From: Bacilli bacterium
Lineage (GTDB): Bacteria > Bacillota_I > Bacilli_A > RF39 > UBA660
Direction: 5' to 3'
NCBI GenBank assembly: GCA_017542465.1
Contig: JAFXXB010000005.1
Location: forward strand, 10,614-74,613
DNA length: 64,000 bases
Shown: positions 36,771 through 46,892 of the stretch, in pieces
Layout of the letters: each line of letters starts with the position of its first letter
Numbering within the stretch: position 1 is the first letter of the stretch
Program-made: the position numbers and the translations under genes
Notes under the pieces: generated by a model
Databases searched by the model: none
What the model was told of the DNA's origin: nothing
Seen by the model: the letters and a program-made list of their open reading frames with translations, nothing else

Positions 36771-37097
36771 ATGGAACCTAGTACAATTATTCAATATGTG
36801 GTAATACTTGTAGTATTAATTATAATATCACTTGTTATTATCAAACTAACTAAAAAAGACTTTGGTTTAGAAATCAATAAGTTAGTTAAATGCTTAGGTG
36901 GAAAAGACAATATCCTAGATACTGAAGTAAATATGTCAAGATTAAAAGTTACACTTAAAGATGTTTCAATAGTTGATAAAGAAGGCATTGTTAAACTTGG
37001 AGCTAAAGGTATTGTTGAAATTGATAATCAATTAAAAATAATATTTGGAAATGATTCAAGAACATTAAAAAGATATGTTGATGACTTAAAGAAATAG
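36771..37097 (+). CDS. Membrane-tethered PTS EIIB(Glc)-like domain lacking the phospho-cysteine
   Basis: One TM, then LVKCLGGKDNILDTEVNMSRLKVTLKDVSIVDKEGIVKLGAKGIVEIDNQLKIIFG. This aligns to the EIIB pattern GGKENI..LDACITRLR with Asn where the Cys should be. Confidence 0.65.
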   Translation: MEPSTIIQYVVILVVLIIISLVIIKLTKKDFGLEINKLVKCLGGKDNILDTEVNMSRLKVTLKDVSIVDKEGIVKLGAKGIVEIDNQLKIIFGNDSRTLKRYVDDLKK

Positions 37098-37121
37098 TAG
37101 TTAATTAAACTACTATTTTTT
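37095..37121 (+). terminator. Intrinsic terminator after the EIIB-like gene
   Basis: UAGUAGUU-aauua-AACUACUA followed by UUUUUU. Confidence 0.7.
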
Positions 37122-37129
37122 AGTATAAA

Positions 37130-37155
37130 TAAAAAAGAATGATATAAATCATTCT
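37130..37155 (-). terminator. Intrinsic terminator after the gene at 37157..38707
   Basis: AGAAUGA-uuuaua-UCAUUCU followed by UUUUUU. Confidence 0.7.
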
Positions 37156-37156
37156 T

Positions 37157-38707
37157 TTATTGATTGTCTGGATCTACTAATAATACACCAGGGGTTAATT
37201 GTTGAGTTACTTGAGTTGTAACTGCACCTTTTATACTATTGCCTGCTTTTGCAGTAGTTGTTGTTGTCTTTGTTGTAGTTGAACCAGATGAAGAATCTGA
37301 AACACATTTAGAGGCATCTAAAGGATGGAATATACATTTCGCACATTTTTCATATTCATCACTTACAAAGTTAAAGTAAACAAATGATGTAAACGCTGCA
37401 TATATAATAGATGGAATAAAGAATATAAATATTCCTAATAATACTCTTATTCCAAATGTTTGTGCTTCCTTCTTTAGGGAATCTGTATTTCCTTGTGTTA
37501 CTACTTTAGAAAAATCTATTGTTCCCCATATAATTACTAAGAAAGGTATAATTATTCTTGATACAATAACAAATATTCCTAATAATTTACTAGCTCTAAT
37601 TGTTTCTGGTTGAGAGCAGAAGTTTTCACCAACTACACCATCTTTTTTAGAAAATGGGTCTTCATCACCTTCAGTATTTCTCCACCCCATATCCTTAGCT
37701 CTTTCATATGCACGATTTTGTTCATCAGTAACTCCTCCTGGAACACCATCTGTAGCAGCATTATACCCTGGTTTTTCACTTGCTATAGTTGTAGAAACAA
37801 GTAAAAATGCAGGTTTACTATCTGAACCAATATATTTTGTTTCGTAACCCGATTTATCATTTAATATAGTAAACATGTTTGTTCCATCCGTATTATAATA
37901 AACATAATAAGGACAACTTAAGTTATTTTTACTTGTAGTTAAAATATTTCCTGGGTCAGTAATCTCATTTTCTTTAAACTGATTATTAAAAGCTTGGGCT
38001 TCTAGTCCATCAATCTTATGGACTATAGCATATGCAGATTTAACTGAAGCATCTCTCTTTGATGGTCCCATTATCAATACTGCACTTGAATACCCATAAC
38101 CTTTTTTTCTATACTCTTCAGGCAATGTATAAGTACATGTTCTATAATTGCCGGAACTACTTGTATCAACTGTAATACCTGTATAATGACCTCCTGGATT
38201 AATATCTGAACCAATATACTTATCATATTCGTATAAAGGTGCTCCCTCTTTAGCCTTATCAGTTTCTATACTCTCCGAAATAAGAATATGTGATTTATCT
38301 GGTTCCATTCTATCCTTAGCCCACATTTCAGCTTCTGAATATGTATAAGTGATTCTTACATTAAATCCATCTAATGGCCAACCACCTGCATCAACGGCAG
38401 CATAATAAGGACAACTTTCTTTATGACCTACGTATACGTCATAATTCCATCCTCCAGCAGTTTCCATATTTCCTCTATCGGTTGTACCATCTTCACTCTT
38501 TGAGTTAAATGTTGTAATAAATGCTGTAGGATCATCATTCCCACCTCTAATTTGTAAAACCATATAAGAATAACCCATTTCAGGACTATAATATCTATAA
38601 TAACATCTCTTAGTACCATTATCTGGTTCATCTTCTTTAGCCCAAACAGTTGGTACCATAAAAATAGATAAAATCATTATTAATAGTAAGAATAATTTTT
38701 TCTTCAT
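37157..38707 (-). CDS. Secreted/membrane hypothetical protein (516 aa) with an internal duplication and a C-terminal TM hairpin
   Basis: Signal peptide (FMVPTVWA), two modules each with SCPYY, two or three C-terminal TM helices and a Cys-rich, Thr-rich tail. Confidence 0.55.
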   Translation of the reverse strand: MKKKLFLLLIMILSIFMVPTVWAKEDEPDNGTKRCYYRYYSPEMGYSYMVLQIRGGNDDPTAFITTFNSKSEDGTTDRGNMETAGGWNYDVYVGHKESCPYYAAVDAGGWPLDGFNVRITYTYSEAEMWAKDRMEPDKSHILISESIETDKAKEGAPLYEYDKYIGSDINPGGHYTGITVDTSSSGNYRTCTYTLPEEYRKKGYGYSSAVLIMGPSKRDASVKSAYAIVHKIDGLEAQAFNNQFKENEITDPGNILTTSKNNLSCPYYVYYNTDGTNMFTILNDKSGYETKYIGSDSKPAFLLVSTTIASEKPGYNAATDGVPGGVTDEQNRAYERAKDMGWRNTEGDEDPFSKKDGVVGENFCSQPETIRASKLLGIFVIVSRIIIPFLVIIWGTIDFSKVVTQGNTDSLKKEAQTFGIRVLLGIFIFFIPSIIYAAFTSFVYFNFVSDEYEKCAKCIFHPLDASKCVSDSSSGSTTTKTTTTTAKAGNSIKGAVTTQVTQQLTPGVLLVDPDNQ

Positions 38708-38731
38708 CTTTATCACCCTTTACTTATAATC

Positions 38732-38740
38732 ATTATAACA
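38732..38740 (-). promoter_or_regulatory. Extended -10 (TGTTATAAT) for the gene at 37157..38707
   Basis: Exact TGnTATAAT upstream of the AGGGTGA SD. Confidence 0.45.
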
Positions 38741-38787
38741 TACAAAATAAAGAAAAATGTTAAGTATTTATCTACTTAACATTGTGT

Positions 38788-39069
38788 TTATATATAATCT
38801 TTTATTTTATTAAACTCTTCTTCTGATAATATTTTTTCGATATTATCTTTATTTGCATTTAAGTTTAATAATTTTTCATATTCATATAATTTATCTTTTA
38901 CTTCAATAATTGTCTTAGATACTGCATTCTTTGATACTTGATTATTCTCAGCTATTTCTTCCATTGTAAGATTTTCAAAATAATAATCTTCAAAATAACT
39001 TCTTTGTTTATCTGTTAATAAACACGAATAATAATCATATAATTCACTTAAATATAATACATCTTCCAT
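38788..39069 (-). CDS. ylxM: YlxM/UPF0122 small HTH protein (SRP-associated)
   Basis: 93 aa, LSELYDYYSCLLTDKQRSYFEDYYFENLTMEEIAE pattern. Starts 1 nt after the ftsY stop. Confidence 0.8.
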   Translation of the reverse strand: MEDVLYLSELYDYYSCLLTDKQRSYFEDYYFENLTMEEIAENNQVSKNAVSKTIIEVKDKLYEYEKLLNLNANKDNIEKILSEEEFNKIKDYI

Positions 39070-39070
39070 A

Positions 39071-40366
39071 TTAAATCATATCCTTAAATAAACCATATAT
39101 ATAATCTTCAATATCAAATGCAGATAAGTCATCTACACCTTCACCAAGTCCAATGAACTTAACAGGTATTTTAACTTCTTCTTTAATAGCTAATACTATA
39201 CCACCTTTGGCAGTACCATCTAGTTTAGTTAATACTATACCAGTTATATTAGTTATTTCTTTAAATGATTTAGCTTGGCTAATTCCATTTTGACCAGTTG
39301 TTGCATCAATAATTAATAATGTTTCATGAGGTGCACCAGGAATAATTTTACCAATTACTCTGTTAATCTTATCTAACTCATTCATTAGATTAACTTTATT
39401 TTGAAGTCTTCCAGCTGTATCAATAAACACCATATCAACTTTTTCTTTTACAGCCATCTCTAAACCATCATATATAACTCCTGATGGATCTGTTTGTTCT
39501 TTACCATAGAATAAAGCACCCGTTCTATTTGCCCATTCTTCTAGTTGAGGAACAGCTCCTGCTCTAAATGTATCAGCACCTATAAGCATAACTTTCTTGC
39601 CTTGTTTATTAAATTTATTAGCAAGTTTACCTATAGTAGTAGTTTTACCTACACCATTTACTCCTACCATTAAAACAATTGTAGGACCTTCTTCAGCCAT
39701 ATTAATCTTGTCTGTTAATGATTCACCTTCAACATAGATTGAGAATAACTCATCAACAATAACTTCATTTAAGAATTCTGTATCAGTGATATTTTCATGT
39801 TTAACTCTTTTTCTTAGTCTATCTAAGAATTTCATTACAGTATTAACACCAATATCAGCTTTTATTAATATTTCTTCTAATTCATCAAAGTATTCATCAT
39901 TAACCTTACCAAACTTTTTACCAAGTAATGATAAAGATGAAACAAATTCTTTTCTAGTTTTCTCTAAACCTTTATCATATGTTATAGTTTGTTTAACTTT
40001 TTCTTTCTTTTCCTTTTTAGAGAACCAGCTTTTCTTTTTAACTTCTTCAACTTGTTCTAAAACTTCTTCTTCAGTTACTTCTTGAATATTCTCATTATCA
40101 TCAAAGTCAGATGGAACAAAATCATCTATACCGTCATCATCAATATCTAAATCAGGTTCATGCACTTCTTTTCCTTCGAAGTCACTTTCATTAAAGTCAT
40201 CTATTCCATCATCATCGATGTCAAAATCTTTTTCAACTATTTCAGTAGGTTCTTCAAGTTCTTCCTTTAACTCTTCAATAGTTTCAACATTATATTCTTC
40301 TTTAACCTCTTCTATATCTTTTTCTTTCTTTTTAAACAAATTCTTTAAATTTTGAAAAAATCCCAT
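39071..40366 (-). CDS. ftsY: Signal recognition particle receptor FtsY
   Basis: Acidic N-domain with a repeated DIDDDGIDDF. NG domain motifs GVNGVGKTTT, DTAGR and TKLDG. Confidence 0.95.
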   Translation of the reverse strand: MGFFQNLKNLFKKKEKDIEEVKEEYNVETIEELKEELEEPTEIVEKDFDIDDDGIDDFNESDFEGKEVHEPDLDIDDDGIDDFVPSDFDDNENIQEVTEEEVLEQVEEVKKKSWFSKKEKKEKVKQTITYDKGLEKTRKEFVSSLSLLGKKFGKVNDEYFDELEEILIKADIGVNTVMKFLDRLRKRVKHENITDTEFLNEVIVDELFSIYVEGESLTDKINMAEEGPTIVLMVGVNGVGKTTTIGKLANKFNKQGKKVMLIGADTFRAGAVPQLEEWANRTGALFYGKEQTDPSGVIYDGLEMAVKEKVDMVFIDTAGRLQNKVNLMNELDKINRVIGKIIPGAPHETLLIIDATTGQNGISQAKSFKEITNITGIVLTKLDGTAKGGIVLAIKEEVKIPVKFIGLGEGVDDLSAFDIEDYIYGLFKDMI

Positions 40367-40369
40367 ATG

Positions 40370-42310
40370 TTATCCCCCTAACACTTTACGATAATAATCT
40401 TTTTGAATAACATTTTTAGATACTTGGAATTTAGTACTTACAATATTATTCATTTTTTGTACATATCCATCTTCAATAGTTACACCATCTTTAGGATAGA
40501 ATTTCTTTTTAATATGATCATATCTACCTTTATCAGATATCCATGACTTATTATTGTATATTACTAGATCAGATGCATCTGAGAATACATCATGTCCCAT
40601 TAACAATCTTGAATCATATTTAATATCAAACATATTTAATACTGTAGGTAAGATATCAATAGATCCAACATTCTTATCTACTTCTACACCTTTTAATTCT
40701 GAGTTATAAATAATTAAATTGTTTCTATATATATCAAATGATTCATCTTTAACAAAATCAGTATAAGATTTAATATCTTCATTTGTTAATCCATATGGAT
40801 AATGGTCTGCAGATAAAACTATTACCGTATCATCTAGTTTACCATCAGCCTCTAAGTTATCCATCAATATTTTTAATGATCTATCTAAATCAATATTACA
40901 TGCAATATAAGATTTAATAGCATCATTAGCTTTAACATCTTTAACTAAAGATTTATTCTTACGTGATATTGCATTTCCACCCCAACTATATTGTAAGTGT
41001 CCAGATATAGACATATAGTAAGCTACAAACTTATCAGAGTTTTGATAAATAGGATAAGATGCGTTAGCTACATCAATATCACTTGTAGGCCATGAATCTT
41101 TAATTCCTTGTAATGCATATTTATATCCAGTATGATATCTATCATATCCATAGTATTGTTCAAAACCTAAATTAGGATATGTTAATTGTCTCTTATAGTA
41201 TGTGTAAGTCCAACCATGGAAAGCATATACATCATAATTATAATTTTTAAAACTATTACCAATAGTATATGGGAAATACACTCCTTGTGTAGATACCATA
41301 GAACATGTAGAAATACCAGGTAATAAAGATAATAAATTAACAAATTCACCATCAGATGTTGAACAATTATAAATTGGTTGATAGAAGTTTTTAAAATAAA
41401 TTCCTTCATTAACTAATTTATATAATGTAGGTGTTAATTCTTTATCAACTGCAATTGGATAGAATGCTTCAGCAGTAATAAAGATTAAATTCTTATCCTT
41501 AAATACACCAGTCATTTCATTTTTGTTTGTAGGATTTTGTTGTGAGAAATAATTATGTAATGTTTTAACAGTTGGATCTGATTCATTATTAATTAATGTT
41601 TCAAAATCTATGTCAGTAACATTATATTCTTCTTTATTATCATCAGTTATTTCAATAACTGGTTCATCACTTATATCTAATTCTATTTGTTCTTCAAATC
41701 CTGCTTTAGTCTTAAAGAAATCAACTCCAACAGTAGTTATTAAACCAATAGAATTTGTTGTTTCCATAATATCATTTTTATTTCTTAATAATTTGTATAA
41801 TGAATTAGTTTCATAAGATTTATACATTACAGAGGATGCTGTTAATGCAAGTGCTGAGAACAATAATATAAACCCATGTTTAAAATTAACTCTTTTGAAA
41901 GAAAACTTTCTTGTTATTATTATCATTATTATTAATGAACAAGCCATAGCTAGTATTACATACCAATTCTTAACAATATGTTCAAATATTGAATCATAAT
42001 ATTCAGCTACCTGTCCACCATATGATAATGCAGTATAACTAAATATAGTTTTATAGAATGAGTAATAAACTACTTCAGCTCCAAATACAAATACTAGTCC
42101 TATCCATGAAATATAAGTAAGTATTCTATTAACAATTGGATGTATTAAATTAGTTATCATAGTAAATAGAATACTAATTGGTAATGTAAATACCGCTAAA
42201 TATAATACATTTATATCTAGCCCTTCAAATATGACACATTTATACACTATTTCTAAGAAAAGAATAAACAAGTAATTCAAGATAAAAAGTCTGTCAGTAT
42301 TATTCTTCAC
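40370..42310 (-). CDS. LtaS-family sulfatase-fold membrane protein (lipoteichoic acid synthase-like)
   Basis: Five N-terminal TM helices and an extracellular sulfatase-like domain (SADHYPYG). GTG start preceded by AAAGAGGGA. Confidence 0.7.
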   Translation of the reverse strand: MKNNTDRLFILNYLFILFLEIVYKCVIFEGLDINVLYLAVFTLPISILFTMITNLIHPIVNRILTYISWIGLVFVFGAEVVYYSFYKTIFSYTALSYGGQVAEYYDSIFEHIVKNWYVILAMACSLIIMIIITRKFSFKRVNFKHGFILLFSALALTASSVMYKSYETNSLYKLLRNKNDIMETTNSIGLITTVGVDFFKTKAGFEEQIELDISDEPVIEITDDNKEEYNVTDIDFETLINNESDPTVKTLHNYFSQQNPTNKNEMTGVFKDKNLIFITAEAFYPIAVDKELTPTLYKLVNEGIYFKNFYQPIYNCSTSDGEFVNLLSLLPGISTCSMVSTQGVYFPYTIGNSFKNYNYDVYAFHGWTYTYYKRQLTYPNLGFEQYYGYDRYHTGYKYALQGIKDSWPTSDIDVANASYPIYQNSDKFVAYYMSISGHLQYSWGGNAISRKNKSLVKDVKANDAIKSYIACNIDLDRSLKILMDNLEADGKLDDTVIVLSADHYPYGLTNEDIKSYTDFVKDESFDIYRNNLIIYNSELKGVEVDKNVGSIDILPTVLNMFDIKYDSRLLMGHDVFSDASDLVIYNNKSWISDKGRYDHIKKKFYPKDGVTIEDGYVQKMNNIVSTKFQVSKNVIQKDYYRKVLGG

Positions 42311-42391
42311 ATAAATCCCTCTTTTACTATGAATATTATAATATATATAAGAAAAAAAATAAACGACTAACGTTTATTTTATACTAATAAA

Positions 42392-42997
42392 TTAATCTTC
42401 AAATGATGTATCTTTAGCAAATAAGCAACCACAGTAATTTTGTCTATAAAGATTGTATTTTTCACTTAGTTCAACACTTCTTTTATAGCCATCTTTTTTC
42501 TTAAAATCAGATAATAAATATTTGACTCCAATTTCTTTTTCAATAGATAAACCTATTTGATTAATTATTTGACTATTCTTATAAGGTGATACAGTTAATG
42601 TAGTACAGAAATAATCATAGCCTTTTTCTTTCGCTAAATTAGCTGTGTATTTTAATCTTATTCCATAACATACATGACATCTAGCTCCACCTTCTGGTTC
42701 TTCCTCTAGTCCTTTGGTTAAGTCTCTGAATACTTCATTATCATATGGTACATCTAAATAAGGTATACCTAATTCATTTAATAAGCCTATTTGAACTCGT
42801 TTTCTTTTTTCATATTCTTCATTTGGTTCTATATTAGGATTATAGTAAATAACAGTTATATTAAAATATTCTCTTAACCTCTCAATAACAGCTGATGAAC
42901 AAGGTCCACAGCATGAATGTAATAAAATTGTTTTCTTTTCACCATTAAATGATGAAACCTCTTCCATCATTAAACGATCATAATTGATTTTATCCAT
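42392..42997 (-). CDS. queH: Epoxyqueuosine reductase QueH (DUF208)
   Basis: LLHSCCGPCSS motif and C-terminal CGCLF. Overlaps the ftsQ end by 8 nt from the refined start. Confidence 0.8.
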   Translation of the reverse strand: MDKINYDRLMMEEVSSFNGEKKTILLHSCCGPCSSAVIERLREYFNITVIYYNPNIEPNEEYEKRKRVQIGLLNELGIPYLDVPYDNEVFRDLTKGLEEEPEGGARCHVCYGIRLKYTANLAKEKGYDYFCTTLTVSPYKNSQIINQIGLSIEKEIGVKYLLSDFKKKDGYKRSVELSEKYNLYRQNYCGCLFAKDTSFED

Positions 42998-43733
42998 TAT
43001 TTTCACTTCCATTTACTACTACTTCTTTACCCTTAGCTTTTTTGTAGATTATTTTGCCTAACTTACCATCAAAGAAGAAAGTACCTGGTTCAGTTATTCT
43101 ATTATTCGCAATAACATTTAGATATTCATTTAACCAATCACAATTCTTAGCATTAACATATACTTGATTTGAATCACTCATAGAAAGCAAGAATCTATTA
43201 TTATCTAAGATTACATTACTAGAGTTATATGGTGTATAAGTTATTTCACTTATCATATATAATACACCTCTATCAACCTTTGATAGACTATCAGCTAACA
43301 TTGTTAACGATTCAGTTGGCGTATTGTTTAATAACATTGGTAATGAACCAAATGATTCATTATAAGGTATTTGATCACCATTTTTAAGTATTACATTATT
43401 ACTAGATTTAATAACCATAATTGGTGTATTTTCTTCTACTTCTATTTTAATTGTAAAATTCCATCTATAAGATACTTTAGCAGATAATATTAAAGGATCA
43501 TCTTCAAGTTTATCTTTTAATTCACCTGCATTTATAGATATATATGATGGATAATCTTGTAAATCAAGCATCCTTATTATATCTATTTCTTTGTAATAAT
43601 CAATACCACTTATCTCATAATGATGTACTTTTTCATTATAAATAAATATACCAAGTGATACTACAATATAAATCATAAGTAAGAATACAATTATTCTAGG
43701 TATATTTAGAATTTTAACTTTTCTTTTACTCAT
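42990..43733 (-). CDS. ftsQ: Cell division protein FtsQ/DivIB (POTRA)
   Basis: N-terminal TM, POTRA-like region (I.ISGIDYY...I) and position directly after murG. Confidence 0.7.
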   Translation of the reverse strand: MSKRKVKILNIPRIIVFLLMIYIVVSLGIFIYNEKVHHYEISGIDYYKEIDIIRMLDLQDYPSYISINAGELKDKLEDDPLILSAKVSYRWNFTIKIEVEENTPIMVIKSSNNVILKNGDQIPYNESFGSLPMLLNNTPTESLTMLADSLSKVDRGVLYMISEITYTPYNSSNVILDNNRFLLSMSDSNQVYVNAKNCDWLNEYLNVIANNRITEPGTFFFDGKLGKIIYKKAKGKEVVVNGSENNG

Positions 43734-43747
43734 GATTTCACTTCCTT

Positions 43748-44824
43748 TTATTTTTCCACTAATTCTTTAATTGCATTATAAATTATGTTACCTGAATCAG
43801 GTACAGATAACTTTAATGCATTTTCTTTATATTCTTTATATTTCTTATTATCAGATAATATCTTATCTATAGTTTTCTTCAATGTTTCTTCAGTTACATT
43901 AGATTGTTCAATTAATTCACCAGCTTTATGTTCTTTTATTGATAAAGCATTGTAATATTGATGATTATTTGCAACATAAGGTGAAGGAATAAAGATAGAT
44001 GGTAAACCTAATGCTGTTATTTCAGCAATAGATGATGCACCTGCTCTAGATACAATTAAATCAACATCCTTCATTAACCCTGATAAATTATCCACAAATG
44101 GTTCTAAATAAACATTAGATGATAATTCTTCATTTTTTAAATCATCATAATAGTTTTTACCAGTTATATATAAAACTTCATAATCCTCATTTTCACAATT
44201 CTTTAAGAATGGTAAGAATAATTCATTCATAACTGATGATCCTAAAGAACCATTTACAAATAATACACACTTTTTATTTTTGTGTAATCCGAATTTAGTT
44301 CTAGGTATTGTTTCATTATCTAATGCTTTAGTACCAGTTGGATTACCAGTATAAATAGCATTATCACCAAAATATTTAAGCGAATCTTTAAACGATACAC
44401 CAACAAGGTCAGCTTTTTTAGCTACCCATTTATTTGATTTACCAGGTATACTATTTTGTTCATGAATAAATGTTTTTATACCTAAACTTTGAGCTGCTTT
44501 AATAACAGGGAAAGTAACATATCCTCCTACTCCTATTACTATATCTGGTTTAAACTCTTTCATTATTTTTTTACATTTACTTATTGCTTTAGGTATAAGA
44601 TATAAATCCTTTATATCATTGCCTATGTTGGATTTTGTTAATCCATATATTTCTATTGCTTCATATCTTATATTATGCATAGGCACTATATCTTTTTCCA
44701 TACGATTATGTGTACCAATATATAAGATTTCTGAATCAAATTCTTTTTCCATTATTTTTCTGGCTATAGCTAAAGCTGGATATATATGTCCTCCGGTTCC
44801 ACCTGCTGAAATTATAACTCTCAT
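43748..44824 (-). CDS. murG: UDP-N-acetylglucosamine--N-acetylmuramyl-(pentapeptide) pyrophosphoryl-undecaprenol GlcNAc transferase
   Basis: MRVIISAGGTGGHIYPALA N-terminus and a GT28 C-terminal pattern (SRAGASSIAE). Confidence 0.9.
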   Translation of the reverse strand: MRVIISAGGTGGHIYPALAIARKIMEKEFDSEILYIGTHNRMEKDIVPMHNIRYEAIEIYGLTKSNIGNDIKDLYLIPKAISKCKKIMKEFKPDIVIGVGGYVTFPVIKAAQSLGIKTFIHEQNSIPGKSNKWVAKKADLVGVSFKDSLKYFGDNAIYTGNPTGTKALDNETIPRTKFGLHKNKKCVLFVNGSLGSSVMNELFLPFLKNCENEDYEVLYITGKNYYDDLKNEELSSNVYLEPFVDNLSGLMKDVDLIVSRAGASSIAEITALGLPSIFIPSPYVANNHQYYNALSIKEHKAGELIEQSNVTEETLKKTIDKILSDNKKYKEYKENALKLSVPDSGNIIYNAIKELVEK

Positions 44825-44899
44825 AATATTCCACCTCTAATAATATTATAATATATATTAACATACTGAATTAAATAAAAAAAAGAAAGTTTACACTTT

Positions 44900-45340
44900 C
44901 TATTTTTTATTAATTATTAGGATTAAATAATTAGTTAATCCAGTAATTATAGGTATCAATAATGCAAGTGTTTGAAAATGAACTATTCCATTTTGTCTTA
45001 ACACTGTTAAGATACCACAGGCAATTATTTCAATAATAACAGCAACCACTAAACCTATCTTAGATTTCTTTAAATATAGTATATAATTAACTAATTCATA
45101 CACTAAAATAATAGCCATAGTTATTAATAATAACCAGAACACTGAATGATAGTAATTATTAATAGCAGTAGTAATATCTTTACTTGGTACTACTACTTCA
45201 CCAGCTTCAGCTATTTTAGTTTCAACAATAAATGCTGTATATGCTACTGTTCTTGAAACTATAGTAGTTAAATAACAAAAGAAACCTAACATACTAGTTA
45301 TTAATCCTGTTATTTTTAATAATGTAACTGTTTTTTTCAT
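44900..45340 (-). CDS. Hypothetical 4-TM membrane protein
   Basis: 146 aa with four hydrophobic segments. Confidence 0.45.
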   Translation of the reverse strand: MKKTVTLLKITGLITSMLGFFCYLTTIVSRTVAYTAFIVETKIAEAGEVVVPSKDITTAINNYYHSVFWLLLITMAIILVYELVNYILYLKKSKIGLVVAVIIEIIACGILTVLRQNGIVHFQTLALLIPIITGLTNYLILIINKK

Positions 45341-45356
45341 CCCTTTTCACTCCTTT

Positions 45357-46376
45357 CTATTTATCTAAATAAAATGCATAATACTCGTCATATGTTAATC
45401 CAGACTCCATAACCTTTGTCGCTAGATCAACACCTAAATATCTATAATGCCATGATTCATAATTATAACCAGTTATACTTTCATAACCTTTAGGATATCT
45501 TAGAATAAAACCATATTTATAAGAATTTTCACTTAACCACTTAAAAGCATTTGATGTATCAAATGTTTTAGCATCTGAGTTTTCTTTAGCATATATATCT
45601 AATGCTAAACCTGTTTGATGTTCACTCCATCCAGGTCTAGCTGCTATAGAATCTGCATACTTTTCACCTTTATAAGTTTTATAATAATTATATTCTTTTT
45701 CCTGTTCTTTTTTAGATCTATACCCTGACAATGCAAGTAAGTAAATGCCCTCTTCGTGAGCAGCTTCCCACATAGTTAAATATGCAGCATGTGCTTCACT
45801 TCTTAATTCTATTTTAGTATTAGCATCACCAAATCTATATTTCCATTCAATCGATTCTAAGTCATCTGGTGCATAATCACCTAATTGATAATGTTTATTT
45901 GCAATCATACCATATCCCTTAGATTCATCACTAACTCTATCAGATTCATATGGATTTTCATTAGCATGCGAATTAACAATACCAATAAGTTTGTCATAAT
46001 CATATCCTTCTGTACCATGATATTTAAAGAAATCTTTTTCTTTAGTTATTACATATTCCATATATTGATCTAATTTAGAATATATAAAATATGGTCTTCC
46101 AATAAAGCAAGGATAGAATTCATTATAACCACGACTAATTAAATCTTTTTGTTCCTCATCAGTTAACTTATTTAAAATAGTTTTTATTTCTTGTTCAGTA
46201 TACTTTTCCTTATCAGAATTACCTCTTATCTGAGATAATTTATATTCATTAGTTTCCTTATACTGATAATCTTTATAATAATTATAGCCAACAATAGCAC
46301 CTATTACTATTAATACATCTATAAATATTAATATCTTAATCCAAGTCTTAAATTTATATACCTTTCGTTTAGCCAT
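45357..46376 (-). CDS. VanY-type D-alanyl-D-alanine carboxypeptidase (peptidase M15B), membrane anchored
   Basis: SGYRSKKEQ, SEHQTGLALDI and WHYRYLG zinc-ligand motifs, plus an N-terminal TM. Confidence 0.85.
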   Translation of the reverse strand: MAKRKVYKFKTWIKILIFIDVLIVIGAIVGYNYYKDYQYKETNEYKLSQIRGNSDKEKYTEQEIKTILNKLTDEEQKDLISRGYNEFYPCFIGRPYFIYSKLDQYMEYVITKEKDFFKYHGTEGYDYDKLIGIVNSHANENPYESDRVSDESKGYGMIANKHYQLGDYAPDDLESIEWKYRFGDANTKIELRSEAHAAYLTMWEAAHEEGIYLLALSGYRSKKEQEKEYNYYKTYKGEKYADSIAARPGWSEHQTGLALDIYAKENSDAKTFDTSNAFKWLSENSYKYGFILRYPKGYESITGYNYESWHYRYLGVDLATKVMESGLTYDEYYAFYLDK

Positions 46377-46451
46377 ATAATCATCTCTAATTTAATTATA
46401 AAATAAATGCAAAATAAAAAGAACACTAATAAAGTGTTCTTTACAAGTATT

Positions 46452-46724
46452 CTAGTTAATAGAATCTTTTAATTTAGAACCAGCTTTGAATGAAACAACA
46501 TTCTTTGCAGGAATCTTCATAGGTTGTTTAGTTAATGGGTTGATACCTTCTCTAGCAGCTCTCTTCTTAGCAGCGAAAGTTCCGAAACCAACTAATGCAA
46601 CCTTTCCATCTTTCTTTAATCCTTTTTGAATACCAGCTAATACAGCATCTAATACTCTACCAGCTTCTGCTTTTGAAACACCAGCTTCAGCAGCAACAAA
46701 TTCTACTAATTCAGTTTTTGACAT
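46452..46724 (-). CDS. hup: DNA-binding protein HU
   Basis: 90 aa, MSKTELVEFVA...GFGTF...R.GINP.T. Confidence 0.95.
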   Translation of the reverse strand: MSKTELVEFVAAEAGVSKAEAGRVLDAVLAGIQKGLKKDGKVALVGFGTFAAKKRAAREGINPLTKQPMKIPAKNVVSFKAGSKLKDSIN

Positions 46725-46892
46725 AATTTTTACCTCCCAGTAATAATATTTTCTTGTAGGTATATGTTAGTAGCACATGTACCTTACAACTAAAATATAT
46801 CAATTATATCCCATAAAATCAATAAAAAAATACCAAAATAATGTTACTTTTTGGTATTTTTACTAGTTTTTTATTGTTATTTAATAATCGAT

